Assembly (NCBI GenBank): GCA_964471275.1
Contig: CAYYGZ010000004.1
Location: 1 to 52,363, forward strand
DNA: 52,363 nucleotides
Origin: an uncultured bacterium
GTDB taxonomy: Bacteria > Latescibacterota > UBA2968
Reading direction: 5' to 3'
This document shows, in pieces, positions 38,655 through 49,035 of the stretch. The notes below the pieces were generated by a model. The model saw only the letters and a list, made by a program, of their open reading frames with translations. It made no database searches and was not told the DNA's origin. How positions within the stretch are numbered: position 1 is the first letter of the stretch; each line of letters opens with the position of its first letter. The translations under genes and the position numbers were made by a program.

Positions 38655-39971
38655 ATGTCCGAAGTGATGGAAGACCAGAAGACCGTCGCGTTCCACACAC
38701 TTGGCTGCAAGCTCAATTCCTACGATACCGAGTGGCATCGTGAGCAGTTTGAGCAGGCGGGCTACACGACGGTAGCGTTCGGCGAGCAGGCCGATGTGAC
38801 TGTCGTCAATACCTGCACGGTCACCGGACAGGGAGACGCACAGTCCCGGCAGATGCTCCGTCGTGCTTCTCGGGTATCCCCTGAAGGCGTCGTCGTGGCG
38901 ACGGGCTGCTATGCGCAGACCGACTCCGACACGATCGCAGAGATGCCGGAGGTGGATCTTGTGGTCGGGACGGCGGAGAAGACGCAGCTTCTTGATCTGA
39001 TCAACGACACCTGCTCACTCGGGCGGACGTTCGTGACACGCAGCCGATCGGCCGAGTTCCAGGATATGGATATCATGAACTTTGGCGGACGCTCGCGGGC
39101 TTTTGTGAAGGTTCAGGAGGGATGCAACGAGTTCTGCTCATTCTGCATCATTCCCTTTGCGAGAGGACGGAGCCGGTCACGCACGATCGCAAGCACGGTG
39201 TCCCAGGTCGGGCGACTCGTGGAGACCGGGTATCAGGAGGTGGTTCTCACGGGCGTGCACATCGGGGATTACGGAACGGATCTGGACATCCGGTTTGTCG
39301 ACATGCTCGAGGCGATTGACCGCGTGGATGGCCTGGAGCGGTTTCGTATCAGCTCTGTTGAGGCAACCTTTCTGACACCAGAGGTGGTTGACCTACTTGC
39401 CTCGTCTCCCCGCTTCTGTCGGCACCTTCATATCCCCCTCCAGAGCGGTGATGAAGGGATCCTTACCGCGATGCGGAGACCCTATCAACCTGAATTCTAC
39501 GCGGATCTGCTGGACCGTCTGGCTGATCGTATCCCGGGGATCGGAATCGGTGCGGACGTGATGGTGGGATTCCCGGGCGAATCCGAAGCGGCCTTTCGGA
39601 ATACGGTCACACTCGTTGAGTCGAGCCCGCTTGTGTTCCTGCACGTTTTTCCCTACTCTCCAAGAGGCAGCACGCCCGCAGCAAAGCTCCCGAATCACGT
39701 CGATCCGGTGGTGAAGAAGCAGCGCGGGGCTGAACTCCGGAAGCTGGCGAAAAGCAAGACCGAAGCGTTCCAGCGCCAATTCCTCGGGCAATCCCTGAAT
39801 GTCCTGTTCGAGGGACGCAGGGAGCGGCAGACGGGCTTGCTGCAGGGCGTGACCGACAACTACATTCGCGTTTTCTCTCCCGGCCCGGACGCCGCCAGGG
39901 ACACGGTCCTCCCCGTGACCCTTTCTCACGTCGAAGCTGAACGCGTCTTCGGACAGATCTCAGACAGCTGA
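38655..39971 (+). CDS. mtaB: tRNA t6A methylthiotransferase
   Basis: TLGCKLN, NTCTVT, TGCYAQ, KVQEGCNEFCSFC, HVFPYS. Confidence 0.92.
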   Translation: MSEVMEDQKTVAFHTLGCKLNSYDTEWHREQFEQAGYTTVAFGEQADVTVVNTCTVTGQGDAQSRQMLRRASRVSPEGVVVATGCYAQTDSDTIAEMPEVDLVVGTAEKTQLLDLINDTCSLGRTFVTRSRSAEFQDMDIMNFGGRSRAFVKVQEGCNEFCSFCIIPFARGRSRSRTIASTVSQVGRLVETGYQEVVLTGVHIGDYGTDLDIRFVDMLEAIDRVDGLERFRISSVEATFLTPEVVDLLASSPRFCRHLHIPLQSGDEGILTAMRRPYQPEFYADLLDRLADRIPGIGIGADVMVGFPGESEAAFRNTVTLVESSPLVFLHVFPYSPRGSTPAAKLPNHVDPVVKKQRGAELRKLAKSKTEAFQRQFLGQSLNVLFEGRRERQTGLLQGVTDNYIRVFSPGPDAARDTVLPVTLSHVEAERVFGQISDS

Positions 39972-40048
39972 TCTCGTCCTGGCGCCGGCTGTCCCACTGA
40001 TACGGGGCAGCATTCATTTGCTCTCCCCAGTCAGGTCATCCCGAACCG

Positions 40049-40498
40049 TTGATACGACGAGCCGAACCCGGAGACTTCCTTGCCGTTGCCGCGCTGGACC
40101 GTGCAGCCTGGTCAGAAGGAAGGGAAGCAAGGTTTATTCCCGATGGTGAACACGCGTGGCGTCTGTGGACTGAGCACGCGATCGTGTTCGTCTACGAACC
40201 GGACGCGATCGTCCTTGGTGCATCACTCGCATTTCCGACCGTTTCGGGGATCTACTGTCTGCACAAGATCTTCGTCGATCTTTCCTGTCGAGGTGACGGC
40301 GCTGGGACACAACTGATGCAGGAGATGCTCAAAGAGATCGATCGACTTGGGGTGAGGTGTTTTCTGACCGTTGATCCCGTGAATGAGGCGGCCATTCGGT
40401 TGTATGCCTCGTTTGGTTTTGTGGAGCGGGTCTTTGTACAGGGATACTATCGGGATGCAGAAGATCGGTTCGTTCTGACCCGATCGAAACAAGGATAG
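40049..40498 (+). CDS. GNAT family N-acetyltransferase
   Basis: FV....[20 protein letters not shown]. Confidence 0.85.
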   Translation: MIRRAEPGDFLAVAALDRAAWSEGREARFIPDGEHAWRLWTEHAIVFVYEPDAIVLGASLAFPTVSGIYCLHKIFVDLSCRGDGAGTQLMQEMLKEIDRLGVRCFLTVDPVNEAAIRLYASFGFVERVFVQGYYRDAEDRFVLTRSKQG

Positions 40499-40502
40499 AG
40501 AG

Positions 40503-41075
40503 GTGACCATGGGGTATGATCCATCGGTATATGGTGATGCTTTCGGCGCGTTGCTGACCGAGAAGCGACTGAATGCGCTGGATGGTGATGAGGAAAACGC
40601 GTCAATCAAGGGAACGCTGGCCGGCCTGTCCGTGGACGGCGCCTTTGGCGGGACGGCGATCTCTGATCGGGACATGGCCGTCTCCTGTGTGTCTGCGGCC
40701 TGGCTCTACCACAATTTCCTAGATGACTCCCATACGATCAGCCAGGGCATCCACACCCCGACGGGCAGCTACTGGCACGGAATCATGCATCGACGCGAGC
40801 CAGATTTCTCGAACGCGAAATACTGGTTCCGGAAGGTGGGAGACCATCCCATCTTTGCCGACCTTTGTGCAACAGCGAAGGGGATCGCCGCGGAGGCGAG
40901 TAACGATGCGGCATTTCTCCAGCAGCAGGATGAGTGGAACCCTTACGCGTTTATCGATCTGGTCGAGATGTGCCTGTCAGGTCGGTCATCCGAGGAATCT
41001 CTGTGCCGTGGGATTCAGCAGCTCGAATTCGGGCTCCTTTTCGACTTTTCCTATCGGAATGCAGTCGGTGCGTAG
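40503..41075 (+). CDS. conserved hypothetical protein (His/Trp-rich HRREPD motif)
   Basis: SHTISQ...[20 protein letters not shown]; start may be ATG 40509. Confidence 0.75.
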   Translation: MTMGYDPSVYGDAFGALLTEKRLNALDGDEENASIKGTLAGLSVDGAFGGTAISDRDMAVSCVSAAWLYHNFLDDSHTISQGIHTPTGSYWHGIMHRREPDFSNAKYWFRKVGDHPIFADLCATAKGIAAEASNDAAFLQQQDEWNPYAFIDLVEMCLSGRSSEESLCRGIQQLEFGLLFDFSYRNAVGA

Positions 41076-41943
41076 CCCGGTCGCGCTCCTGATTCTGATC
41101 CTCGCAACCGGGGTGTGTGTGGCGGATCCTGTCGATCAGCTGCAGACCTTGGTCGACCAGGGAGATGTGGGTGGCGCCCGGGGGCTTCTGGCTGGTCTGC
41201 AGATTCATCCCGAAGATCTGAAGGCGCGCTACTATACAGGACGGCTCACCCGACAAGACAGGGTGGCGAGAGCGCACTTCCGGCACATCGCACGGTTCGC
41301 CGATGCCGATTACGCAGATGATGCACAATTGGAGCTCGCCGAGTCCGCGTATGCGGATCCCCAGGGCCTCTACCGGACAGCCAGAAGGGCGTTCCAGAAA
41401 CTCGTCGACGCCTACCCGGACAGTCCCCATATCCCCCTGGCGCTCTACAGAATCGGGCGAACGTATCAGATCACGGTCGGCGGCAGCGATTCCGGAAGCC
41501 AGCTGGATTCTGCGCGGGCCCGGTATCAAGAAGTGATCCGGCGTTTTCCGGATACGCAGACCGCCCGGCACGCTGCCGTGGCCCTGGTGGATGCCGATCT
41601 ACAGGCCGGAGATCTGGAGGCGGTAAACCGTGACGCGAAGGGGCTCCCGCCGGCACCCGTGTGGTCGGGCGAATCGGGGCTCTACGCGAGGATTGGCCGA
41701 CAGATCCTTTCTGAATCGGAGGCTGCCAGTTCCTTCTGGGTCCAGGTTGGCGCTTTCGCGAATCGCGGTCTGCTGGATGCGCTGGTGAATCGACTGCTTC
41801 CAACCTGGCACGTCCAGCTGGTCGAGGCGGGGCGCGTTACGCTTGTGAGAGTCGGGCCCTACACGACCCGAGCAAAGGCTGAGCAAACGAGTAACCACAT
41901 CGGTCGTGTTGAGTCGGTCACGTGTCAGATCATACAGGATTAA
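41068..41943 (+). CDS. exported TPR (BamD/CpoB-like) protein with C-terminal SPOR domain
   Basis: signal peptide from GTG 41068, YPDSP/FPDT repeats, FWVQVGAF...VRVGPY. Confidence 0.8.
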   Translation: MRSPVALLILILATGVCVADPVDQLQTLVDQGDVGGARGLLAGLQIHPEDLKARYYTGRLTRQDRVARAHFRHIARFADADYADDAQLELAESAYADPQGLYRTARRAFQKLVDAYPDSPHIPLALYRIGRTYQITVGGSDSGSQLDSARARYQEVIRRFPDTQTARHAAVALVDADLQAGDLEAVNRDAKGLPPAPVWSGESGLYARIGRQILSESEAASSFWVQVGAFANRGLLDALVNRLLPTWHVQLVEAGRVTLVRVGPYTTRAKAEQTSNHIGRVESVTCQIIQD

Positions 41944-41949
41944 GGCAGG

Positions 41950-44574
41950 ATGAGTAAAGAACCCACACCGATGATGAAGCAGTATCAGCGCTTCAAACAG
42001 GACCATCCGGATTCGATCCTCCTGTTTCGAATGGGGGATTTCTACGAGACGTTTTACGACGACGCTCGGGAGGCATCCCGGATTCTCGGTCTGACGTTGA
42101 CGAAGCGGAACAACGGGAAGGCCGACGAGATTCCACTGGCCGGATTACCGTATCACGCGCTGGACACGTATCTGGCCAGACTGATCCGGGCAGGACGCAA
42201 AGTCGCGATCTGCGAGCAGATGGAGTCCCCGCAGAAGGGGAAGAAGGTCGTCCGCCGCGAGGTTGTTCAGGTCGTTTCGCCAGGCACGATTCTGACCGAG
42301 GATCTGCTGGATCACAAACGGAACAACTACCTGGCCGGCGTGTTCGAGGATGAAGCGCGGGGCGGGATCGCCGTGGCAGATGTTTCAACAGGTGAATTTC
42401 GCGTCACGGAGTTTACATCGGCCCAGCTCTGGGAAACGCTTGCCCGTGAGGATCCATCGGAGGTTGTGGCATCCGAGACTTGGTGTGATCAGAATTCCGA
42501 GGCTTTTGCTGAGCGGATGGAAGGGGTCCTGCTGACACGATGCGATGACTGGTCGTTCAGCCCATCCTACGCGCATGACTCTCTGGTCCAGCACTTCCAG
42601 ACGCAGTCCCTCAAGGGATTCGGAATGGAGGAGATGACGGTCGGTGTCAGCGCAGCCGGCGGCGTGCTCAATTACCTGAAGACAAACCAGCAGGGAGCCA
42701 TCCCCCAGATCACGGGGATCAAGATCGAGTCGCAGGACGAGCACATGGCGCTCGATTTTGTGACCCAGCGGAACCTCGAGCTGGTGAGCTCCATCCAGGA
42801 AGGCCGTCGGGAGGGGACGCTTCTATCAGTTGTCGATGCCACACGCACCGCACCGGGGGCCCGGATGCTCCGGGAGTGGCTGTTCCATCCGCTGACAAGG
42901 TTGCCCGGCATCGAGCGACGTCTGGACTGCGTGGAGGAGCTTTCCGCGTCGGAGAGACTTCGGGGCGACCTGAGGCAGTCTCTCTCGAATGTGGGAGATG
43001 TGGAACGGATCATCTCCAAAGTCTGCTGTGGTCGGGCCACGCCACGCGATCTTGGCGTGCTGCGCGCCTCTCTGCAGAGCATACCCCCCGTTTGGGAAGC
43101 GCTGGAGAAGGTCGAAAGCGGCATGCTGGTCGATCTGGGCGCAGAGGGTTTTCCGGATCTGAACGAGGTCACGCGACTGCTCGAGAGCATCCTTGTGGAG
43201 GATCCGCCGGTACAACTTGCAGACGGAGGCGTGGTCAGGGCCGGATGTCATGAAGAATTGGATGCGCTTCGAAACGCTGCATCCGGCGGGCGCGAATGGG
43301 TCGCCGGACTGCAGTTGAAGGAACGCGAGACGACCGGGATCCCTTCGCTGAAGGTGAACTACAACAAGGCCTTTGGATACTACATCGAGGTGACCCGGGC
43401 CAACCTCGAGAAAGTCCCGGAGACCTACATCAGAAAGCAGACGCTCGTCAACGCGGAGCGCTTCATCACCCCGGATCTGAAAGAGTGGGAAGCCCGGATC
43501 CTGGGTGCGGATGAACGTGCGAAAGAGCTCGAGAAGGACATCTTTCTCAAGCTAAGGGACGATGTCGCGGCCAGGGTGGCTCCCATCCAAAAGACCGCCC
43601 GGACCGTCGCAACGCTCGACGTTCTGTGCAGCTTCGCGGAGGTGTCGAAACGGCAGGATTTCGTCCGGCCGAGCGTCGACGACAGTCTTGGCATCGAGAT
43701 CACGGCCGGTCGGCACCCGGTCATCGAAACGCTGCTGACCGCGGGGTCGTATGTTGCCAACGATGTGACGGTAGATGGGGAAGGCGATCAGATTCTGATC
43801 ATCACGGGGCCGAACATGGCCGGTAAATCCACGATCTTGAGGCAGGCGGGTCTGATTGTCCTCCTCGCACAGGTCGGCTGTTTTGTCCCGGCCCGGTCAG
43901 CCCGGATCGGGATCGCCGATCGGATCTTCACCCGTGTGGGCGCTTCGGACAACCTGGCGCGGGGGGAGAGTACGTTCCTTGTCGAGATGAACGAGGCGGC
44001 GAACATCCTGAACAACGCGACGGCGCGCAGCCTGGTTCTGCTGGACGAAATCGGTCGCGGGACGAGCACATTCGACGGGTTGAGCATCGCGTGGGCGATG
44101 ACCGAGTATCTTCACAATTCCGACGTCAGGCCCAGGACATTGTTCGCCACGCACTATCACGAACTGACCGAACTCGAGGATCTGCTGCCTCGTGTGCGAA
44201 ACTACAGCGTGGCAGTCAAGGAGAGGGGAGACGATATCGTCTTTCTGCACACGCTCGTGCCGGGGGGATGCGATCACAGCTACGGCATCCAGGTCGCCCG
44301 GTTGGCCGGTATGCCGCACAGCTTGATCGAGGGAGCCAAACGCGTCCTGTCACGTCTCGAGCAGAACGATCTGTCTGTCGTGCAATCCGCTGTGCGCCGC
44401 TCACGCAGGGCATCAAACGGGCAGATCAGTCTGTTCGAGACCGGTCAGGAGACGACCGCCCATCCTGTCCTGGATAAACTGGAAGATCTGAACGTAGAGG
44501 AGATGACGCCGGTGGAGGCACTGGTGAGGCTGGAGGCGCTCAAACGGGAGCTCAGGGAGCGTGATCAAGATTGA
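41950..44574 (+). CDS. mutS: DNA mismatch repair protein MutS
   Basis: TPMMKQY, GDFYE, TGPNMAGKST, STFLVEM, DEIGRGT, SYGIQVA. Confidence 0.99.
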   Translation: MSKEPTPMMKQYQRFKQDHPDSILLFRMGDFYETFYDDAREASRILGLTLTKRNNGKADEIPLAGLPYHALDTYLARLIRAGRKVAICEQMESPQKGKKVVRREVVQVVSPGTILTEDLLDHKRNNYLAGVFEDEARGGIAVADVSTGEFRVTEFTSAQLWETLAREDPSEVVASETWCDQNSEAFAERMEGVLLTRCDDWSFSPSYAHDSLVQHFQTQSLKGFGMEEMTVGVSAAGGVLNYLKTNQQGAIPQITGIKIESQDEHMALDFVTQRNLELVSSIQEGRREGTLLSVVDATRTAPGARMLREWLFHPLTRLPGIERRLDCVEELSASERLRGDLRQSLSNVGDVERIISKVCCGRATPRDLGVLRASLQSIPPVWEALEKVESGMLVDLGAEGFPDLNEVTRLLESILVEDPPVQLADGGVVRAGCHEELDALRNAASGGREWVAGLQLKERETTGIPSLKVNYNKAFGYYIEVTRANLEKVPETYIRKQTLVNAERFITPDLKEWEARILGADERAKELEKDIFLKLRDDVAARVAPIQKTARTVATLDVLCSFAEVSKRQDFVRPSVDDSLGIEITAGRHPVIETLLTAGSYVANDVTVDGEGDQILIITGPNMAGKSTILRQAGLIVLLAQVGCFVPARSARIGIADRIFTRVGASDNLARGESTFLVEMNEAANILNNATARSLVLLDEIGRGTSTFDGLSIAWAMTEYLHNSDVRPRTLFATHYHELTELEDLLPRVRNYSVAVKERGDDIVFLHTLVPGGCDHSYGIQVARLAGMPHSLIEGAKRVLSRLEQNDLSVVQSAVRRSRRASNGQISLFETGQETTAHPVLDKLEDLNVEEMTPVEALVRLEALKRELRERDQD

Positions 44575-44608
44575 GGCACGAGTCAGGCAGTGCGTCAGGC
44601 GACTGTGC

Positions 44609-46378
44609 TCAGGTCGCCTTTTCTTTTTCCTCGTGCCGTAGGATTTCGGCTGACTCGACACAGTGTATGCCTGTCACCCGATCGGGAAGTCGCCTCAGTG
44701 CCTCCGCGGACCTGACTGCTAGGGTGAAGCGACCGGAAACCCGATCTTCCTCCGCCGACAGCTGTGCATTCAGCACGGAGATGCCGAGGCTCGAGATGGC
44801 CGACGCGATGTCGCTCAGCAAGTTATCCCGGTCCGATGCGTGAACCTGCAGTTCGATCGTTGTCGGGTAGCGCTGATCCTCCTCCTCCTCGCGTAGCCAT
44901 CTGCGTATGTGGGCGCGTGCCTTCCGACTCCGAGCGAATTCGAGCCAATTGACAACAGGTCCGGATTCCTGAGAGGAGAGGATCTCCACCCGATTTCCGG
45001 TCTGCAGGACCGTCTCGAGTGGGGCGATTCTCCCGTCGACCCGGGCTTCCGTGCAGTGGAGACCGAGCTCGGTATGGATGGCGAAGGCGAAGTCGATGGG
45101 TGTCGCACCAAACGGGAGCTGGATCGGGTCCCCGTTCGGTGTGAGCACATAGATCTCATCGGGGAAGAGGTCGAACTTCAGATCCTCGATAAATTCATCG
45201 GCATCCTGCGTCTCGCTCTCCCAGTCGAGCAGGCTGCGCAGCCAGGGCATATGCTCGTCTAGATCGCTCGGCTTGTCGGTCTCCTCCTTGTATCGCCAGT
45301 GCGCGGCGATACCGACCTCGGAGGTCTGGTGCATGTCCTGTGTTCGGATCTGTACTTCCATCATGACGTTGCTGGGGGATATGATGGTGGTGTGGAGCGA
45401 CTGATACATGTTGCTCTTCGGTGTCGCGATGTAATCCTTGAATTGCGCCATAACTGGTGTGTAGAGCGAGTGAACGGTCCCGAGGACCGTGTAACAGTCC
45501 TGGACGTTTTCAACGATGATGCGCAGGGCCATCAGGTCGTAGATCTCTTCGAAGCTGATGCCGCGATTGATCATTTTCTTGTAGATGCTGTAGAAGTTCT
45601 TGGGACGTCCGGAGAGTGTCGCGGAAACGCCTGAACGCTCGATCGCTTCACGCAGAGGTCCGCATACCTCTTCGATCAGGTTTTCCCGCTCGTTTCGTCT
45701 GAGGTAAATCTTGTCCTTGATCGTCGTGTAGTGCTCGTGTTCGAGCGCCTTGAGACTCAGGTCTTCGAGTTCCCAACGGATTCGGGCAAGCCCAAGCCGA
45801 TGGGCGAGAGGAGCGTAGATGTCGCGCGACTCGCGTGACATCCGGATGCGTGTCTCCTCATCAAGCTCGTCGACAAACCGCATGTTATGCAGTCTGTCGG
45901 CGAATTTGATCAGCACGACGCGAATATCCTCGGCCAGCGCGATCAGTGTCCTCCGATACTTCTCGGCGAGGGCTTCCTGTGGAGCGTGGAAGGTCAGATC
46001 CTGGAGCTTGTCGACGCGTTCGGACAGATCGGCGATTTCGTCACCGAATTCCTGGCGAAGCGCGGGCAGGGCGATCCCATCCTCGACGGCCTCGTGTACC
46101 AGACCTGCGGCAACGGTTGTGGATCCCAGGTTGGTGTTGATAAGGATACGGGCGACCGCGATGGAGTGATCCAGGAGGGGCTTTCCGGACCGGCGCGTGG
46201 CGCTACGGAAGGAGCGCTCCGCGAAATGGTATGCGTCGGCGATCAGGGCGAGGTTGTGAGTCGGGCGAACCCGGAGCGCCATCTCGAGCAGCTCGTGAAG
46301 CTGTGCATCACCGGAAGCGTGTTCGAGCGCTATCCGGTTTCGATCATCGATCTGGACATCCGTCGTGGACACGGGCAA
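44609..46378 (-). CDS. RelA/SpoT family (p)ppGpp synthetase, atypical
   Basis: ADRLHNMR, GRPK..YSI, KDYIATPK, YQSLHTT, AAHWRYK, TGS domain, C-terminal ACT. Confidence 0.93.
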   Translation of the reverse strand: MPVSTTDVQIDDRNRIALEHASGDAQLHELLEMALRVRPTHNLALIADAYHFAERSFRSATRRSGKPLLDHSIAVARILINTNLGSTTVAAGLVHEAVEDGIALPALRQEFGDEIADLSERVDKLQDLTFHAPQEALAEKYRRTLIALAEDIRVVLIKFADRLHNMRFVDELDEETRIRMSRESRDIYAPLAHRLGLARIRWELEDLSLKALEHEHYTTIKDKIYLRRNERENLIEEVCGPLREAIERSGVSATLSGRPKNFYSIYKKMINRGISFEEIYDLMALRIIVENVQDCYTVLGTVHSLYTPVMAQFKDYIATPKSNMYQSLHTTIISPSNVMMEVQIRTQDMHQTSEVGIAAHWRYKEETDKPSDLDEHMPWLRSLLDWESETQDADEFIEDLKFDLFPDEIYVLTPNGDPIQLPFGATPIDFAFAIHTELGLHCTEARVDGRIAPLETVLQTGNRVEILSSQESGPVVNWLEFARSRKARAHIRRWLREEEEDQRYPTTIELQVHASDRDNLLSDIASAISSLGISVLNAQLSAEEDRVSGRFTLAVRSAEALRRLPDRVTGIHCVESAEILRHEEKEKAT

Positions 46379-46448
46379 GGGTGCTCAGTAGGGTGAGGGG
46401 TATGGCGTAAAGGTGTAAATATACCACGTGAGCGATGGCTCGGCCAAT

Positions 46449-47504
46449 CTACGGGTTGTTCTCTTCCTCTCCCTGGATGGTCTGCTGGCGTCGGCGGCGG
46501 GCCAGTTCGCGCATATCCTCGACCTGGTCGAGCTCATCCACGATTTCAACACCCAGGATTTCCTCCAGCACGTCCTCGAGCGTCAGGATACCCGCGAGAC
46601 CGCCGTACTCATCGATGACCACAAAGAGATGCTGTCGTCGTTCCAGGAATGTGTCCAGGATTCGATCGAGGTCGGTCGATTCGGAGACGAAATGAACCGG
46701 CCGCATGAGCACCGAGAGCTGTACCTGATCCCGATCACGAGCCAGCGCCGCCAGGATGTCGCGTCGCAAAACGATGCCGACGATGTCCTCGAACTCCTCT
46801 GAGTAGACCGGAATCCGACTGTGCGCCCACGTACCGCTCTCCTGCCTGGCCGCCTCGACGGTTGCCGTCTCGGCGAGGGCAAACACGACGGTGCGCGGGG
46901 TCATCACATCACGTGCTGTCTTCTCCTTCAGGCTCAGGACATTGTGAATTACCCTCGCCTCGTCTGCTTCGATGGCACCGGTGCGTGCCCCCAGCTTCGC
47001 GAGTGACTGCAGATCTTCGCCCGAGATGTCCTGTCCCTGGTCGCGGCCATGGGAGACTGCGTTTGTCGCTAGACCGGTCAGCGCGATCAGCGGTTTCAGA
47101 AGGATGACAAGACCGTAGAGCGGGCGCGAAACATAGATGGTGAGCTCGCGGCTATAAACCGCGCCGATCGTCTTGGGGATCACCTCGGACAGAAAGAGGA
47201 CTGCAAAGGTCAGCCCGATCTGAAAGTAAATGTCGTATCCTGCGTCGGCGCCGTATACCCGCAGAAACGCCGCTCCCGCGATCGCCGCACCACCGGTGTT
47301 GGCGATGGTGTTGAGCGAAAGGATGGCCGAGAGTGGCCGGTCTATGTTCTGCCGAAGCTGGCGGAACAGAATGCCGCCCCGGTGGCCGTCCTGGGCCAGT
47401 TTCTCTATGTGGCTGAGGGGAGATGAGAGGACGACTGCTTCGAAGAGTGAGCACATTGCGGAGATCAGGACGACCGCGAAGACGGAGATAATCAGCTCTG
47501 CCAT
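46449..47504 (-). CDS. CNNM/DUF21-CBS domain membrane protein
   Basis: SAMCSLFE, SEVIPKT, VMTPRT, HSRIPVY, DEYGG..G.LTLED. Confidence 0.9.
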   Translation of the reverse strand: MAELIISVFAVVLISAMCSLFEAVVLSSPLSHIEKLAQDGHRGGILFRQLRQNIDRPLSAILSLNTIANTGGAAIAGAAFLRVYGADAGYDIYFQIGLTFAVLFLSEVIPKTIGAVYSRELTIYVSRPLYGLVILLKPLIALTGLATNAVSHGRDQGQDISGEDLQSLAKLGARTGAIEADEARVIHNVLSLKEKTARDVMTPRTVVFALAETATVEAARQESGTWAHSRIPVYSEEFEDIVGIVLRRDILAALARDRDQVQLSVLMRPVHFVSESTDLDRILDTFLERRQHLFVVIDEYGGLAGILTLEDVLEEILGVEIVDELDQVEDMRELARRRRQQTIQGEEENNP

Positions 47505-47597
47505 GTTTCCTTCCGGAGTGAGGTCAGACGTGGGTTTAAGCGGTTATTACGCCTTTTTGACCCGATCGGTCAAGCGGTTTCACCAAGGGCTTTTCGC

Positions 47598-47626
47598 TTG
47601 CCGGGTGCAGGCTTTCCGCCTAACTT
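47598..47626 (+). promoter_or_regulatory. candidate sigma70 promoter
   Basis: TTGCCG, 17 nt, TAACTT. Confidence 0.45.
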
Positions 47627-47635
47627 ACACGAAGT

Positions 47636-47666
47636 AACGGGGAGATGTCGCCCCGTTTTTGTTTTT
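47636..47666 (+). terminator. terminator-like hairpin in the leader of the sigma-region-4 gene
   Basis: AACGGGG-agatgtcg-CCCCGTT followed by TTTGTTTTT. Confidence 0.65.
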
Positions 47667-47684
47667 CTAACTGACTGTTTTTAA

Positions 47685-48038
47685 ATGGCTAAACTACGAT
47701 ACGACACAGTCCGCGAGGTCAGCTACTCGCCCGGTCAACTGACGATGCTCTCTGACAATCTGCAGAGCATGGGGCAGCTGTGTTCCCTCAGCCAATTGAT
47801 CAGCAGCGGGGCGGATCCCATCCGCCTGGCCCAGGTCAGGGACGTGATCGAGACGGTTGTTGTCGGTCGCAAGTATCAGGTCCTGCTGCTCCGTTCCCAG
47901 GGAAAGACGTTCGCCGAAATTGCCCTGTTGCTGGAGATTTCAAAGAGCGCGGTTCAAAGCCATCATCGTCAGGCTGTACGCAGAGTGAGACGGGCTCTGG
48001 GCCTTGAGGCGGTCGGAATCGCCGCTCAGCCCGGTTAG
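47685..48038 (+). CDS. sigma70 region 4-like HTH protein (117 aa)
   Basis: QVLLLRSQGKTFAEIALLLEISKSAVQSHHRQAVRRVR. Confidence 0.75.
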   Translation: MAKLRYDTVREVSYSPGQLTMLSDNLQSMGQLCSLSQLISSGADPIRLAQVRDVIETVVVGRKYQVLLLRSQGKTFAEIALLLEISKSAVQSHHRQAVRRVRRALGLEAVGIAAQPG

Positions 48039-48064
48039 GCAAGACCGTCGCGTGCAGGATTTGT

Positions 48065-48091
48065 CCGGAGCCCGGTCGCTCCGGTTTTTTT
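48065..48091 (+). terminator. intrinsic terminator
   Basis: CCGGAGC-ccggtc-GCTCCGG followed by TTTTTTT. Confidence 0.85.
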
Positions 48092-48177
48092 GTACATTTC
48101 GCTTGTTAAACCCTCTCACTGGAGTATTTTCAGTCCATTGAAGGGAAGTATTCCGCCTAAAACGAAGGGAGTCGCGT

Positions 48178-48579
48178 ATGCCGGCATTTCTGCACACACG
48201 CGTCCGCGTCAGTGATCTGGATGGGTCGATTGATTGGTACTGCAAGCATCTCGGGTTTGTCGTCAAGAGCCGGAGTGAAAAGAGCCCGGCAGGCAACCAG
48301 GTCTGTCATCTCGAGCTTCCGGGGAACGAGCATACCTTCGAGTTGACCTACTCTGACGACTACAAACTCGATGTGCCCGAGGATTTGATGCATCTGGCGA
48401 TCGGGGTTCCGGATCTGATCGCCTGCTGCGACAAGCTTGAAAAAGAGGGTGTCGAGATCTGGCCGGGAGACTGGCGAGAGACTTTTCTGAGTGGGCACAA
48501 GATGGCTTTTGTCGACGATCCAGACGGCTACGAGATCGAGCTCCTGGAGCGCGCGGACGCGACGCCGGTCAGCTCCTGA
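48178..48579 (+). CDS. VOC family protein, lactoylglutathione lyase-like
   Basis: FLHTRVRVSDL, ELTY, HLAIGV, FVDDPDGYEIEL. Confidence 0.88.
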   Translation: MPAFLHTRVRVSDLDGSIDWYCKHLGFVVKSRSEKSPAGNQVCHLELPGNEHTFELTYSDDYKLDVPEDLMHLAIGVPDLIACCDKLEKEGVEIWPGDWRETFLSGHKMAFVDDPDGYEIELLERADATPVSS

Positions 48580-48585
48580 TCAGCA

Positions 48586-49035
48586 TTGCGGCTTCGACAT
48601 CTCGTCATCCGACGGTCCGCAGGCCACACGGTTGAGCGGATTCAAGAACTGATCGGCCACCTGGTGCCTGAATACGGGGTGGCCTATCTGCTCTACCGCC
48701 ATCCGGATAACCCGATGCCTCCCCTTCTGATCGCGTCACAGGGGAAGGAAACGGTCGGCCTCTGCGGCTGGCGGCAGGATGAGGGGATCGGCGTTCTGGG
48801 CCCCGTCGCGGTTCGCGCCGACAAGCGCAGGTGGGGTGTCGGTTCGGCCCTGGTTGCGCAGGCAATTGACGAGATGCGTGTCGAAGGCGTCAGGAGCATA
48901 GAGGCTGTCTACCGCGCGGGTGATCCGGCAGGCGAGCGGTTGTTGCACCGCTATCGATTCCGCTATCCCGAGAACGAGCCGTCTGATCGCGAAGCTGAAT
49001 GGACCCGGGTGATTCGTGTCCTGAAGAAATCCTGA
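48586..49035 (+). CDS. GNAT family N-acetyltransferase
   Basis: LGPVAV....RRWGVGSALV motif A; TTG start. Confidence 0.7.
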   Translation: MRLRHLVIRRSAGHTVERIQELIGHLVPEYGVAYLLYRHPDNPMPPLLIASQGKETVGLCGWRQDEGIGVLGPVAVRADKRRWGVGSALVAQAIDEMRVEGVRSIEAVYRAGDPAGERLLHRYRFRYPENEPSDREAEWTRVIRVLKKS

